Source: an uncultured Chloroflexia bacterium
Lineage (GTDB): Bacteria > Chloroflexota > Limnocylindria > Limnocylindrales > CSP1-4
Length of the DNA: 64,000 nucleotides
Assembly (NCBI GenBank): GCA_963703155.1
Contig: OY969796.1
Span: 3,509,875-3,573,874 of the forward strand
Reading direction: 5' to 3'
Part shown: positions 8,114 through 17,462 of the stretch, piece by piece
How the letters are laid out: each line of letters opens with the position of its first letter
How positions within the stretch are numbered: the first letter of the stretch is position 1
Translations under genes and position numbers: made by a program
Notes under the pieces: model-generated
What the model was told of the DNA's origin: nothing
Seen by the model: only the letters and a program-made list of their open reading frames with translations
The model's database searches: none

Positions 8114-8996
8114 CGATCGATGGGTGGGGGCCTTTCCGATCAGTAAGGGCGACGGGGCCGGGCGGGGCGGGCGGCTGGTGGGCGGGTGTCGCCGCAGACC
8201 CGGGCGGGGCCGACAGGGCGACGGGGCCGGGCGGGGAGGCAGGGCCCTCGAGCCCGGCGAGCAGCTCTGGGCGCCCGAGGCAGCCGTCCCGCGGGCCGCC
8301 CTCGGCGTAGAGGATGGCCAGCTCGGCGTCACGACCGGGCGGGCCATACCGGTTGCGCGCGACGGTGGCCCGGCACCGCTGCCCGACCACGTCCCGGCCC
8401 AGCCGGATCCAGCCTGAGCGGCGCAACTCGAGCCGCAGCCCGCTCGCCTCGTCCACCGCGGCCGCCAGCCCGCGACCCAACCCGTCGGGCGCCAGCACCA
8501 CGAGCAGCGTCCCCGCCCGCCGCGCCAGCGCCGCCAGCCGACCGAGCCGATCCCCCACCCGCGCCCCGGCGACCGCGGGGTCCCGGCCCTCGGGCAGGTC
8601 CAGCACCAGGAGGTCCACCGTGCGGGCGGCGAGCAGCGAGCCCGCCAGCCCCAGCGCCTCCTCGAGGTCCTGCGGTACGAGCACCACCAGCCACTCCGGG
8701 CGGACGCCGCGCGCCACCGCCTCCACGGGGTCGAACGCACGGGCGAGGTCAAGCCAGGCCACGATGGACCCGGCGGCCTGGGCCTCCGCCGCCACCCGCA
8801 GGGCGAGCGTGGTGCGTCCTGAGCTGGCACCTCCGCGGAGCGCCACGGTGGCCGAGCGCGGCAGCCCGCCCGTTCCCAGCACGGCGTCCAGCGCGGCGAA
8901 GCCCGTGGGGACCACCCGGCCGTCCTCGTGCGCGGCCACGCCCGGGCGTCCGGGCGCGAACGGGTTGCTGGGCGCTGGCGCCGGGGCGACAGGCAC
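7860..8996 (-). CDS. imuA: ImuA' (RecA/SulA-fold SOS mutasome subunit). The C-terminal ~110 codons are Pro/Ala-rich low complexity and overlap imuB
   Basis: ...VVPTGFAALDAVLGTGGLPRSATVALRGGASSGRTTLALRVAAEAQAAGSIVAWLDLARAFDP... resembles ImuA/SulA-like RecA-fold proteins. The first in-frame stop is at 7860. Confidence 0.7.
   Translation of the reverse strand: MPVAPAPAPSNPFAPGRPGVAAHEDGRVVPTGFAALDAVLGTGGLPRSATVALRGGASSGRTTLALRVAAEAQAAGSIVAWLDLARAFDPVEAVARGVRPEWLVVLVPQDLEEALGLAGSLLAARTVDLLVLDLPEGRDPAVAGARVGDRLGRLAALARRAGTLLVVLAPDGLGRGLAAAVDEASGLRLELRRSGWIRLGRDVVGQRCRATVARNRYGPPGRDAELAILYAEGGPRDGCLGRPELLAGLEGPASPPGPVALSAPPGSAATPAHQPPAPPGPVALTDRKGPHPSIDAHASALPVLAAPATPPRPGSPRGGRRHLRLVANRPDRPWRAALDGRDSPRRRSARPGARRPAGDPVGVGAPHGARGGLPGPGA
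8146..8235. repeat. 22-bp direct repeat AGGGCGACGGGGCCGGGCGGGG (8146-8167 and 8214-8235) inside the imuA' tail / imuB start region; encodes PPGPVAL twice
   Basis: Exact repeat seen in the sequence. Confidence 0.6.
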
Positions 8997-9225
8997 GAAG
9001 GCGGGAGAGGCGGAGGCGCGCGGGAGCCCAGCGTGACGGCCCCGCCCTCGGCTGCCATGGCTTCGGCCAGCTCGTCATCGATCGGCAGGGGCGCCACTGC
9101 GAGCGCGCCATCGACCACCGGCGCGGTGTCTCCCCAGCGGCGTGGAGCGGCCGCGCCCCAGCGTGCCTGGAGGGTGGCGAGGGCCTGGGAGACATCGGAT
9201 GCTCGGGTCATCGGACGTCTAATCA

Positions 9226-9241
9226 TAGAACGCATGTTCTA
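9226..9241. promoter_or_regulatory. LexA (SOS) box TAGAACGCATGTTCTA upstream of imuA'-imuB
   Basis: Same half-sites as the dnaE2 box (TAGAAC-N4-GTTCT). Overlaps the ATG of an alternative upstream ORF that starts at 9235. Confidence 0.65.
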
Positions 9242-9689
9242 TTCGTCAAGAGGTCGCCAGCCCTGCGCAGCCGGCGATCCGGGGTTCCTCACCGGAATTC
9301 CATGACACTCACCACATGGCTACCCGGCGGGTCGCGCGTCCATTGCACCCATCCCGCGAGTGCCAGAGCCGCCGGCCCTCCGGAACGCTTCCCCGCCCCG
9401 CGTGCACCCACCGGCCCTGTCGGCGCTTCCCCCGCCCGGCGGGCCGCCCCGTGCCGCGGATCGCGGGCCGCGCCGACGCCCGGGCGCACGTGCCGGCCGG
9501 CCCGGCGGTTCGCCCGCCAATAGAGCCGCTACGTGCACGGAGCGGCCGGAGGACCCGAGGCGGAGCCGGACCCCACACGCGCGCGCCGGATCGCGACCCC
9601 TGCGGATGGACACCTGCGGCGGATGGCCGACCGTCGCGTGCTACACTTCCCGGCCGGTCGCCCCGACACGCTCGGAGGCGTCGCCCCGT

Positions 9690-9765
9690 GGGGATGTAGC
9701 TCAGCTGGGAGAGCACCGCGTTCGCATCGCGGGGGTCAGGGGTTCGAGTCCCCTCATCTCCACCA
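9690..9765 (+). tRNA. tRNA-Ala (anticodon CGC)
   Basis: Cloverleaf folds by hand: acceptor GGGGATG/CATCTCC with the G3:U70 alanine identity pair, anticodon loop TTCGCAT, T-loop GGTTCGAGTCC, 3' ACCA. Confidence 0.9.
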
Positions 9766-9925
9766 CCCCACCGGTTTTCCTGCTGACGTCTCGGCGCGCG
9801 CCTGGCGGCGCCCCAGCGTCGGTGTGTTCCTGGCGGCATGTGCCGCCGGGCGCCGCGCGTTGCAGGCATGTGGCGGGAACGCGCGAGACGCTGACCGAGG
9901 GGGAGCCAATACCGCCGAGGAACGG

Positions 9926-11121
9926 CTAGCGCCGCGGACGCCCAGTCGCGGGGCTCGAGCCGGCCGGTGCCTCATGCTGGGCGCGCGACTCCGCAGGCTC
10001 CAAGCCCTCCATCGCCGGCGTCACCGGCTGCTCGCGGGCCTGCAGCCGCTCAAGGACCACCTCGAGGGCGGCCACGACCGGCACGGCGATGAACGCGCCG
10101 ACCAGCCCGCCAATGGCGCCGCCCGCCAGCAGGCTCGCGATCACGAGGAACGGCGAGATGCCCGCGGCATTGCCGACGACGAACGGCGCGAGGACGTTCC
10201 CCTCGATCGCGTGGATCACGAGGTAGGCGACGAACACGAACGGGAGGGCGTCGGGCTTGAGCGTGGCCGCCACGAGCAGAGCAGGGGCTGCGCCAAGCGC
10301 GGGGCCGACCAATGGGATCGCCTCGGCGACGCCCGCGATCAGCCCCAGCAGGACGGGCGACGGCAGGCCGAGCACCGCGCAGACCGACCCCACCATCACG
10401 CCCATCGCACCCATCAGCACGAGCTGTCCGCGGACCCAGCTGCCGAGCCTGAGCTCCACGCTGTTCCATGCCTCGTCGCACGCCGCGCCCGTCGATGCGC
10501 CGGGAGGTAGCTCAACGCGAACCGCTGGAGGCGCGCACGCTCGGTCATCCAGAAGAAGACCAGCGCGAGCACCGTGGCAAACGAGACGAAGGCGTCGGCC
10601 ACCGAATGGCCAGCCGCCAGGATCTCGGCCGCCGGCACGCCGTGGTTGCTCGACAGCGCGTTCTGCGCCGCGTCGATGAGCGCGACCAGCGCGGTGCCTA
10701 GAGCCCGCGGCGTCAGCGACGACGCCCATTCGCGAGCGTTCGTGAGCGCGGTCGGCACGGCGGCGCCGAGCTGGTCGGCTTGGGCGAGGGTGCCCGGCAC
10801 CACCAGCAGGACCAGGCCGGCGGCGACCGCGATGAACGTGATGTAGACGAGCAGGATCGCGAGGGCCCGCGGCAGGCCGAGGCGCCCGCGCAGGCTGCCC
10901 ACGAGGGGCTCGAGCGAGGCGCCCAGCAGCAGGGCGACGAACACGAGCAGGACCGCCCGGCCGGCTGCGACGAACCCCGCTGCGACGAGCAGGACCACCA
11001 GCGCGCCGAGCGCCGCGCCCGCGCCGCGCCGGAACCAGATGGCGAAGTCCGAGCGGGGCGAGGGGTCCTCGGGGCTGTCGGCGGCGATGGACGCGGGGTG
11101 GAGCGAGAGATCGGGGCGCAT
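9926..11121 (-). CDS. AI-2E family transporter (PerM/UPF0118), split by a frameshift near 10490-10500
   Basis: ORF 10414..11121 gives the N-terminal TM half (...FFWMTERARLQRFALSYLP). A different frame (9926..~10480) gives the conserved C-terminal half (...LGSWVRGQLVLMGAMG...GLIAGVAEAIPLVGPAL...). Confidence 0.75.
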
Positions 11122-11126
11122 GGCGG

Positions 11127-11537
11127 TCAGCGGCCTTCGCTGAGCGCCGCGAACTCCTCCTCGTGCTTCTCGAGCACCTCGTCCGTGGCGCGGTCCAGCG
11201 CGATGAACTCGTTCCTGGCCTCACCGATCGCGCGGATGATCTCGTCGAGCTTGAGCTGCGTGGCCTTGGCCTGGCGATTCGCGCTGGCCTGGATCACGAA
11301 CACCATCCAGAACGTGACGACGGTCGTCGTGGTGTTGATGAACAGCTGCCATGTGTCCGAGAAGTGGAACACCGGGCCTGTGAGCGCCCAGACGACTACC
11401 AGGGCGACGGAGCCCAGGAGGGCGGGGAGGGAGCCCAGCGCAACCGTGACGCGATCCGCGATCTGGTTGAACCACTCCCGCAGCGGCGTCTGCCGCGCAC
11501 CTGCAACGCCGGGCTCACCGGCTCTCACGCTTCTCAT
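11127..11537 (-). CDS. Small integral membrane protein (DUF1003-like), immediately upstream of the AI-2E gene
   Basis: ...WQLFINTTTTVVTFWMVFVIQASANRQAKATQLKLDE.... A 5-nt gap separates its stop from the AI-2E ATG. Confidence 0.5.
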   Translation of the reverse strand: MRSVRAGEPGVAGARQTPLREWFNQIADRVTVALGSLPALLGSVALVVVWALTGPVFHFSDTWQLFINTTTTVVTFWMVFVIQASANRQAKATQLKLDEIIRAIGEARNEFIALDRATDEVLEKHEEEFAALSEGR

Positions 11538-11634
11538 CCGTGCACGCCTCTAGGTTCGCAATATGGAGGAGGAGAGCCCAGCGGCCAGCCAGTGCGCCAT
11601 CCGCCCGCCAGGTGTGCGTTTGGCCGCCCGACGA

Positions 11635-11814
11635 TCAGCGCTTGGACTTCGGCCCCTTGGCAGCCTTGGTCTCCGCTGTCTCGGCTCGCTCCTTGTTGAC
11701 CGTCCGGGCGGCGATCTCCTCCGCGCGGTCCTCGGAGCGCCCCTGGTCCCGCTCGCTCTCCTTGATGTGGTCGTACTGCCGCTCCCGCTTGGGCGACCAG
11801 GCGTTGCTTGGCAT
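11635..11814 (-). CDS. Small charged hypothetical protein (59 aa)
   Basis: MPSNAWSPKRERQYDHIKESERDQGRSEDRAEEIAARTVNKERAETAETKAAKGPKSKR. GGAGGA SD 9 nt upstream. High GC3. Confidence 0.55.
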   Translation of the reverse strand: MPSNAWSPKRERQYDHIKESERDQGRSEDRAEEIAARTVNKERAETAETKAAKGPKSKR

Positions 11815-11838
11815 GCTCCGTCCTCCGTGCGTCGCGCC

Positions 11839-12304
11839 ATGCTCGCGTGGTTTCGTGTCGGCCGGCGTTGCCGCAGAGGCGGGACGTGTCGCGATTTCGT
11901 TGCGGCCGCCCAACACCACGTGAATGCCTATCTGCCGGAGGTCGCGGGTCCGGAGGCGACGGCGAAGACGTTCCGGACGTGGGCCGCGACGGTCCTCGCA
12001 TTCCGTCTGCTCGGGCAGGCCGATCCGCCGGCTGCGCCGACGCGCCTGTCCCGCCGTGCGGTCCGCGAGGCCGTGGAGGCGGTGGCACGACGCCTGGGCA
12101 ACACGCCGACGGTCGCCGCTCTGCCGACATCCACCCCGCCGTGCCCGAGGCGTGCCAGCGGGGCGCCCTGCAGCGGCTGCGACGAACCCGCCGCTGCCGG
12201 GACGCGGTCCTGCCTGGACCGAGGCCGACGAGTCGTCGACCCGCGAGCTCCTGCGCCGGTGGGCGGCAGAGCAGGCTGGGAGGCGGATGCAACGCCGCCC
12301 CTGA
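11839..12304 (+). pseudogene. C-terminal remnant of a type IB DNA topoisomerase, truncated at the 5' end and frameshifted near 12130
   Basis: ...PEATAKTFRTWAATVLAFRLL...AVREAVEAVARRLGNTPTVAA is the conserved TopIB catalytic-domain stretch, and another frame follows with ...SADIHPAVPEA... The N-terminal two-thirds is absent. No start codon. Confidence 0.45.
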
Positions 12305-12368
12305 GACCCGCAAGGTCAGCCACCAGCCGCCGGGGCGACAGTGGTTCCTCCCCAGAGGAGGACACTCG

Positions 12369-13856
12369 ATGCATCCAGCACGCGAGACGGCCGCAGGGCG
12401 GCCGGCGTCAGCGCGCCCCGCGACATCGGGCGAGGCCGCCGACCACGTCGCCACCACCAGCGTCCGGGACGGACGCAGCAAGGCGGCGACACGCCGGATC
12501 GCGATGATCAGCGAGCACGCCTCGCCGCTGGCGACCCTCGGCGGCATCGACGCCGGTGGCCAGAACGTCTACGTCGAGGCGGTTGCGCGGCGTCTCGCCA
12601 AGGCCGGGCACCGAGTCGACGTCTTCACGCGCCGCGATCGGCCCCGCGTGGCCGAGGTGGTGGAGTGGCGCCCGGGCGCCCGCACCTACCATGTGCCCGC
12701 GGGCGATCCCGTGGAGATGCCCAAGGAGGAACTGCTGCCGCTGATGCCCGCCTTCCGCGACTGGATGCTGGGGCACATGGCGCGCCAGAGGCACCCCTAC
12801 GACCTGATGCACGCGAATTTCTGGATGTCGGGCCTGGTGGCGGCGGACATCAAGGCGCGGACGGGCCTCCCGTATGTGGTCACCTTCCACGCCCTCGGGC
12901 GGGTGCGGCGCCAGTTCCAGGGTGGCGCCGACCGGTTCCCCGACGCGCGGTTCGAGATCGAGGAGCGCGTCGCGCGCGAGGCGGACCTGGTCATCGCGGA
13001 ATGCCCGCAGGACGCGCGCGACCTCGTGGACCTGTACGGCGCGGATCCGGAGCGCCTGCGCGTGGTGCCCTGCGGCTACGACCCCGCGCTGTTCCGGCCG
13101 ATCGACCGGCGGGAGGCCCGGTCGCGCCTCGGCCTTGACCCGGACGAGCGGATCGTCCTGCAGTTGGGGCGGCTGGTGCCGCGCAAGGGCGTGGACACCG
13201 TGATCTCCGCCATCGCGGTGCTTCGCGATCGGCACGACCTGTTCGTGCGGCTGCTGGTGGTGGGCGGGGCCGAGCGGACGCCGAACCCTGCCCACGACCC
13301 CGAGCTGGCGCGGCTGATGGACCTCGTGGACGCGCTGCGCCTGGGCGACCGAGTGACCTTCCTGGGCCGGCGCGATCGCAAGGAGCTCCGCGAGCTGTAC
13401 GGCGCGGCCGACATCTTCGTCAGCACGCCCTGGTACGAGCCGTTCGGGATCACCCCGGTCGAGGCGATGGCCTGCGGCGTGCCGGTCATCGGCTCCGCCG
13501 TCGGGGGCATCAAGTCCACAGTGGCCGACGGCGAGACCGGCTACCTCGTCCCGCCCCGGGACCCCGAGGCGCTCGCCGAGCGGATCGCCCGCTGCTACGA
13601 GCAGCCGGGGCTGCTGCCGGTGCTGGGACGACTCGCCGAGCGTCGCGCCAGCACGCTGTACACGTGGGACCGCGTGGCGAAGCTGCTCGAGGCCGTGTAC
13701 GACGAGGTGCTGGAGCCCGGGCGGTTGCGGTTCACCACCCACTCGCTCGGGACATCCCGCGGGCCGCTCCCCCAGCGCCGCTCGATCAGTCCGCGGGCGA
13801 TCGGGATCCCGGTGGATCCCGGCCTGTCGGTGCTGCGGGGTCGCGGTGGGGCCTGA
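12369..13856 (+). CDS. GT4-family glycosyltransferase (MshA / sucrose-phosphate-synthase-like)
   Basis: ...RRIAMISEHASPLATLGGIDAGGQNVYVEAVARRLAKAGHRVDVFTRR... with the GT-B C-terminal EX7E-type region (...FGITPVEAMACGVPVIGSAVGG...). GAGGAGG SD 7 nt upstream of the ATG at 12369. Confidence 0.8.
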   Translation: MHPARETAAGRPASARPATSGEAADHVATTSVRDGRSKAATRRIAMISEHASPLATLGGIDAGGQNVYVEAVARRLAKAGHRVDVFTRRDRPRVAEVVEWRPGARTYHVPAGDPVEMPKEELLPLMPAFRDWMLGHMARQRHPYDLMHANFWMSGLVAADIKARTGLPYVVTFHALGRVRRQFQGGADRFPDARFEIEERVAREADLVIAECPQDARDLVDLYGADPERLRVVPCGYDPALFRPIDRREARSRLGLDPDERIVLQLGRLVPRKGVDTVISAIAVLRDRHDLFVRLLVVGGAERTPNPAHDPELARLMDLVDALRLGDRVTFLGRRDRKELRELYGAADIFVSTPWYEPFGITPVEAMACGVPVIGSAVGGIKSTVADGETGYLVPPRDPEALAERIARCYEQPGLLPVLGRLAERRASTLYTWDRVAKLLEAVYDEVLEPGRLRFTTHSLGTSRGPLPQRRSISPRAIGIPVDPGLSVLRGRGGA

Positions 13857-14650
13857 CCGCGAGGCGGGGCGCCCGTTGGCTGACGGGTCGCTCCCTCCCT
13901 GGCCCACGATCCTGTTCGACAAGGACGGCACGCTCATCGAGGACGTGCCGTTCAACGTGGACCCCGCGCGGATCCGCCTCGCCGCCGGTGCCGGGGCGTC
14001 ACTGCGCCGCCTGGCAGCGGCCGGGTTTGCGGCGGCGGTCATCACCAACCAGCCCGGCGTGGCACATGGCTACTTCACCCTCCGCGACCTGGACGCGGTC
14101 CGCGACCGCATGGCGGAGCTGCTCGCCGAGCAGGGCATGGCCCTCCGTGCGTTCTACGCGTGTCCCCACTTGCCGATGGGCTCGGTGACCGAGTTCGCCC
14201 TCGCGTGCCGACTGCCGCAAGCCCGGCGGCGGGATGGTCCGCCGAGCGGTCGAGGAGCTCGGGCTGGTGGCGGCCGACACGTGGATGGTGGGCGACAGCT
14301 GGGCCGACGTGGCCGCGGGCCGAAGCGTGGGATGCCGGACGCTGCTCGTGGGCCACGAATGGCTGCTAGGCGCGCTGCTGCCGCCGGGGCGGCGCCCCGA
14401 GACGGTCGCGCCGGACCTCGCCGCGGGGATCGAGGCGATCCTCGAGGACCTGCGCGTCACCGAGGATAGGCGCGAGCGCGGTCGCGCACAGCCGCCGGAG
14501 CCCGGACAGAACGGATCCGGCGCGGACGACGGCGGTCGCCGGGACCGGGAGCGCGCGATCTCTCGACCCTGGCGGGCGGCTGCTCCCGAGCGGGCGACCC
14601 CAACCCGCCTCACGCGACCCGCGCGCCGAGCCGATCGCGCAGTGCCCTGA
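13846..14650 (+). CDS. HAD-IIIA phosphatase (GmhB / histidinol-phosphatase-like) with a +1 frameshift near 14217
   Basis: TILFDKDGTLIED...ITNQPGVAHGYF...FYACPHLP in the frame from 13846, then ADCRKPGGGMVRRAVEELGL...WMVGDSWADVAAG in the frame of ORF 14234..14650. There is an apparent extra C in gcgtgcCgactgccgcaag. The start overlaps the stop of the GT4 gene. Confidence 0.65.
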
Positions 14651-14738
14651 CGAGCTGCGGCAGGATGCCATCCAACTGCAAGGGAAAGCCGGGGGCACGC
14701 CGGGACGGCCGTGGGGCCGCGTCGGGTAGGGTGGAACC

Positions 14739-15260
14739 ATGACGACGATCTATCTCGACGCAGGGGCCCTGATGGTTGCCGGGGGTTCGGCCGCTCCTGG
14801 GTCCCGAAGCATGAACGCGGACGCCGCGCGCATGGTCAACCATCTGCTGGCCTTCGGCCACACCGTCGTGCTGCTGGGCGGACGCGACGAGCTGGACGCC
14901 GCTCGCGAGTCCCTCCCGTCCTCTCGTCGGGTGTCCGAGGTGGAGTCCAACGGCGATCTGGAGGGCGTCTCCAGCGACGCCGGGGGCTGGCTCGTCAGCG
15001 ACAGCGCCGACCTGTGCGCGGGAGCGCGCACGCACCGTCGGCTCAAGACCGTGCTGGTCGGAGCGGCCTCAAGCAGCGACTTGGCGCACCGGCCCGCCGA
15101 CCGCCTGGCGCGCTCGCTGTCGGACGCGGTGCTCGACATCCTGGCCACCGAGGCGATGCCCGAGCCGGTCCCGGCCCCGAGCAGCCACGATGGCGCGCTC
15201 GCGCAGGTGGAGCACCAGGCGGACCGCCCGCTCGTGGCCCCGGAGGTCGGCGGAGCATAG
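14739..15260 (+). CDS. Hypothetical protein, possibly a HAD-like phosphatase fold
   Basis: 173 aa, MTTIYLDAGALM...HLLAFGHTVVLLGGRDEL...TVLVG.... High GC3. The family assignment is weak. Confidence 0.45.
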   Translation: MTTIYLDAGALMVAGGSAAPGSRSMNADAARMVNHLLAFGHTVVLLGGRDELDAARESLPSSRRVSEVESNGDLEGVSSDAGGWLVSDSADLCAGARTHRRLKTVLVGAASSSDLAHRPADRLARSLSDAVLDILATEAMPEPVPAPSSHDGALAQVEHQADRPLVAPEVGGA

Positions 15261-15645
15261 ACGCTCGGGGCAAGGACGCGTTGCGGCGCGCGTGCATCGG
15301 GGCGCTGCAACGCCGGACCACGCATTCCTGCTGGGCCATCACGGGCCGGCCGACGAAGTGGGCCTGGCGACGCCCGGGGTGGCGCTGCGCGAGCGTCGCC
15401 CCCATCGACACCGCGCGTCCTGGCGGACGGGGTGCAAGGCGGATGCAAGCGTTCCGGGAGGTGTCGTGCGCGCTGGGGACCGGATCAGCGAGTAGGCTGG
15501 ACGGGAACCACAGCGGACGTGGGCTGCTGTGGGCTGCGGCGCGCGAGGGCGCTGCACGGGAGGCTCAGATGACCAGGTCCGCGCGTCCGACGACTTCGGC
15601 GCACCCCAGCCTGCTCCGGGGTGCGCACCTCTCGTGGCCACCCCG

Positions 15646-16891
15646 GTGACGGGCCTGCGAATCGCCCTCCTCGCGCCCCCGTCCGAACCGGTCCCGCCGC
15701 CCGGCTATGGCGGCACGGAGCGGATCATCGCGGAGCTCGCCGAGGGGCTGCTCCGGCGCGGCCACCATGTCACCACGTTCTGCTCCGGCGACTCGACCGT
15801 CGGGGGCGCACGCGTCGTCACGGTGCCGGAGGCGCTCCGGCCGAGCGGCAAGGTCGACAGCGAGCCATGGAAGATCGCCACGGCCACCATGGCGATCGAG
15901 CGCTCCCTGCGAGGCGAGTTCGACGTCATCCATGGGCACCTGGACTTGATGACGCTGCTGGTCGCCCCCGCCTGCCCGGTGCCCGTGATCGCCACGTTCC
16001 ACGGCCGGATCGACCACAAGGCGATCGGGATCGCGATGCACGGCTCAGCGGCCCACCTCGTCGCGATCAGCGCGCACCAGGCGGCGACCCGCCCCGAGGC
16101 CGACTGGGCCGCGATCATCCACAACGGGCTGACCCTCGACGGCGCCCCGTTCGAGCGCCGCCGCGACGACTCGCTGGTGTTCGCCGGACGGGTGGCGCCC
16201 GAGAAGGGGATCCTCGACGCCATCGAGGTCGCGAAGCTGTCCGGCCGCCCCCTTCGGATCATCGCCAAGGTGGGCACCCACGCGAGCGAGGCCGCCTACT
16301 ACCACGACGTGTTCGAGCCCGCCCTCGCGGCGGCCGGCGACAGCGTGGAGTTCTTGGGCGAGCTGACGAGTGCGGAGCGCGACCAGGTGGTCGCCTCGAG
16401 CTACGCGACGATCATGCCCAGCGCCTGGCCCGAGCCGTTCGGCCTGGTCGCCATCGAGTCGCTGGCGTGCGGCACGCCGGTCCTCACCCGCCGGGTGGGC
16501 GGCCTGCCGGAGATCGTCCGGCGAGGGCGTGGACGGCTTCTTCGGCGACGACGTGGTGCACCTCGCGAGCCTCGTGGAGCGCATCGGCGAGCTGGACCGC
16601 GAGGCGATCCGGGAGTCCGCGATCGACCGCTTCAGCGCCAACCGGATGGTCGAGGCCTACGAGTCGCTGATGCTCCGCCTGGTCACCGGAGAGGCCTCGG
16701 GCGATCCTCGCGGCGGCCGCCCCCAGCTGAGCGTGGCGGCATCGCGAACGCTGGCCCGCGCCGGGCTGGCCTCTCCGCCGGTGCACGCGCCTTCAACACC
16801 CGAATCCCAGCTCGAGGAGTCTGTGGACGAGAATCCGCCCAAGGAGCTGGGCTGGGGACCCGGCGAGGGATCGGCCGCAAGGCTGCCGTAA
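15646..16891 (+). CDS. GT1/GT4-family glycosyltransferase with a +1 frameshift near 16510
   Basis: ...IALLAPPSEPVPPPGYGGTERIIAELAEGLLRRGHHVTTF...ESLACGTPVLTRRVGGLPEIV in one frame, then GEGVDGFFGDDVVHLASLVERIGELDREAIRESAIDRFSANRMVEAYESL in the frame of ORF 16370..16891. Confidence 0.7.
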
Positions 16892-17066
16892 CGCTTTCGG
16901 CGATGGATCCGGCGCGTGGCCGCGAGGCGCGCCGGGCGATCCTCGCGGGGTCACTGCCTGTCAGCGGGATGTCTGCCCACCAGGAAGGGTTGGCGGCCCT
17001 CCACCGAGGACTGCGTCCATGCGGATCCGCGTCGTGCCCACCACCGGCATCGCCACGCCCAGCGGG

Positions 17067-17222
17067 CTACCGGATGAGCGAGACCAGCGCCACCACGAAC
17101 AGGACACTGCCGAGGGCGAGCAGTTCACCGATCTTGAGGGACTGTCCGTCGGGCGGCTGGATGAGCAAGAGCAGGGCCACGACGACCAGCACGAGGCCGG
17201 CGATGAGGACCTCGAGGGCGCG
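17067..17222 (-). CDS. Small two-TM membrane protein (52 aa) divergent from the sensor kinase
   Basis: MRALEVLIAGLVLVVVALLLLIQPPDGQSLKIGELLALGSVLFVVALVSLIR. Very high GC3, higher than the overlapping plus-strand frame. Confidence 0.45.
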   Translation of the reverse strand, partial: RALEVLIAGLVLVVVALLLLIQPPDGQSLKIGELLALGSVLFVVALVSLIR

Positions 17223-17462
17223 CATGGAGCGCTCGTCGAGCGGCGAGGCGGCGTCGGCCTGGTCGGCGGCAGCCCGGAGCCAGCGGCGAGATCGGCGCTC
17301 GGGACGGGCTATTCGCTCAGGCTGCATGCGACCCTCGGTTCAGCGGTTGACTGGGTCGTGAATCCTCTGGCCCGGCTGACAGCGGCGCCATCGCTCGCCT
17401 CCCCGGAGTCCTTGCGGAACCGTGACACCGGCTGGATCGACCGCCACCGCCGGGCAATCCGG

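Noticed and set aside
9240-9690. 450-bp non-coding stretch between the LexA box and tRNA-Ala as a possible structured ncRNA (SRP, RNase P, 6S)
   Set aside because: No hallmark motifs of these RNAs are recognisable by eye. This would need a covariance-model search.
17019-17462. N-terminal 148 codons of the long plus-strand ORF containing the sensor kinase
   Set aside because: The Asp/Glu/His-rich translation has lower GC3 than the minus-strand small membrane ORF on the opposite strand. The kinase start was moved to 17463.
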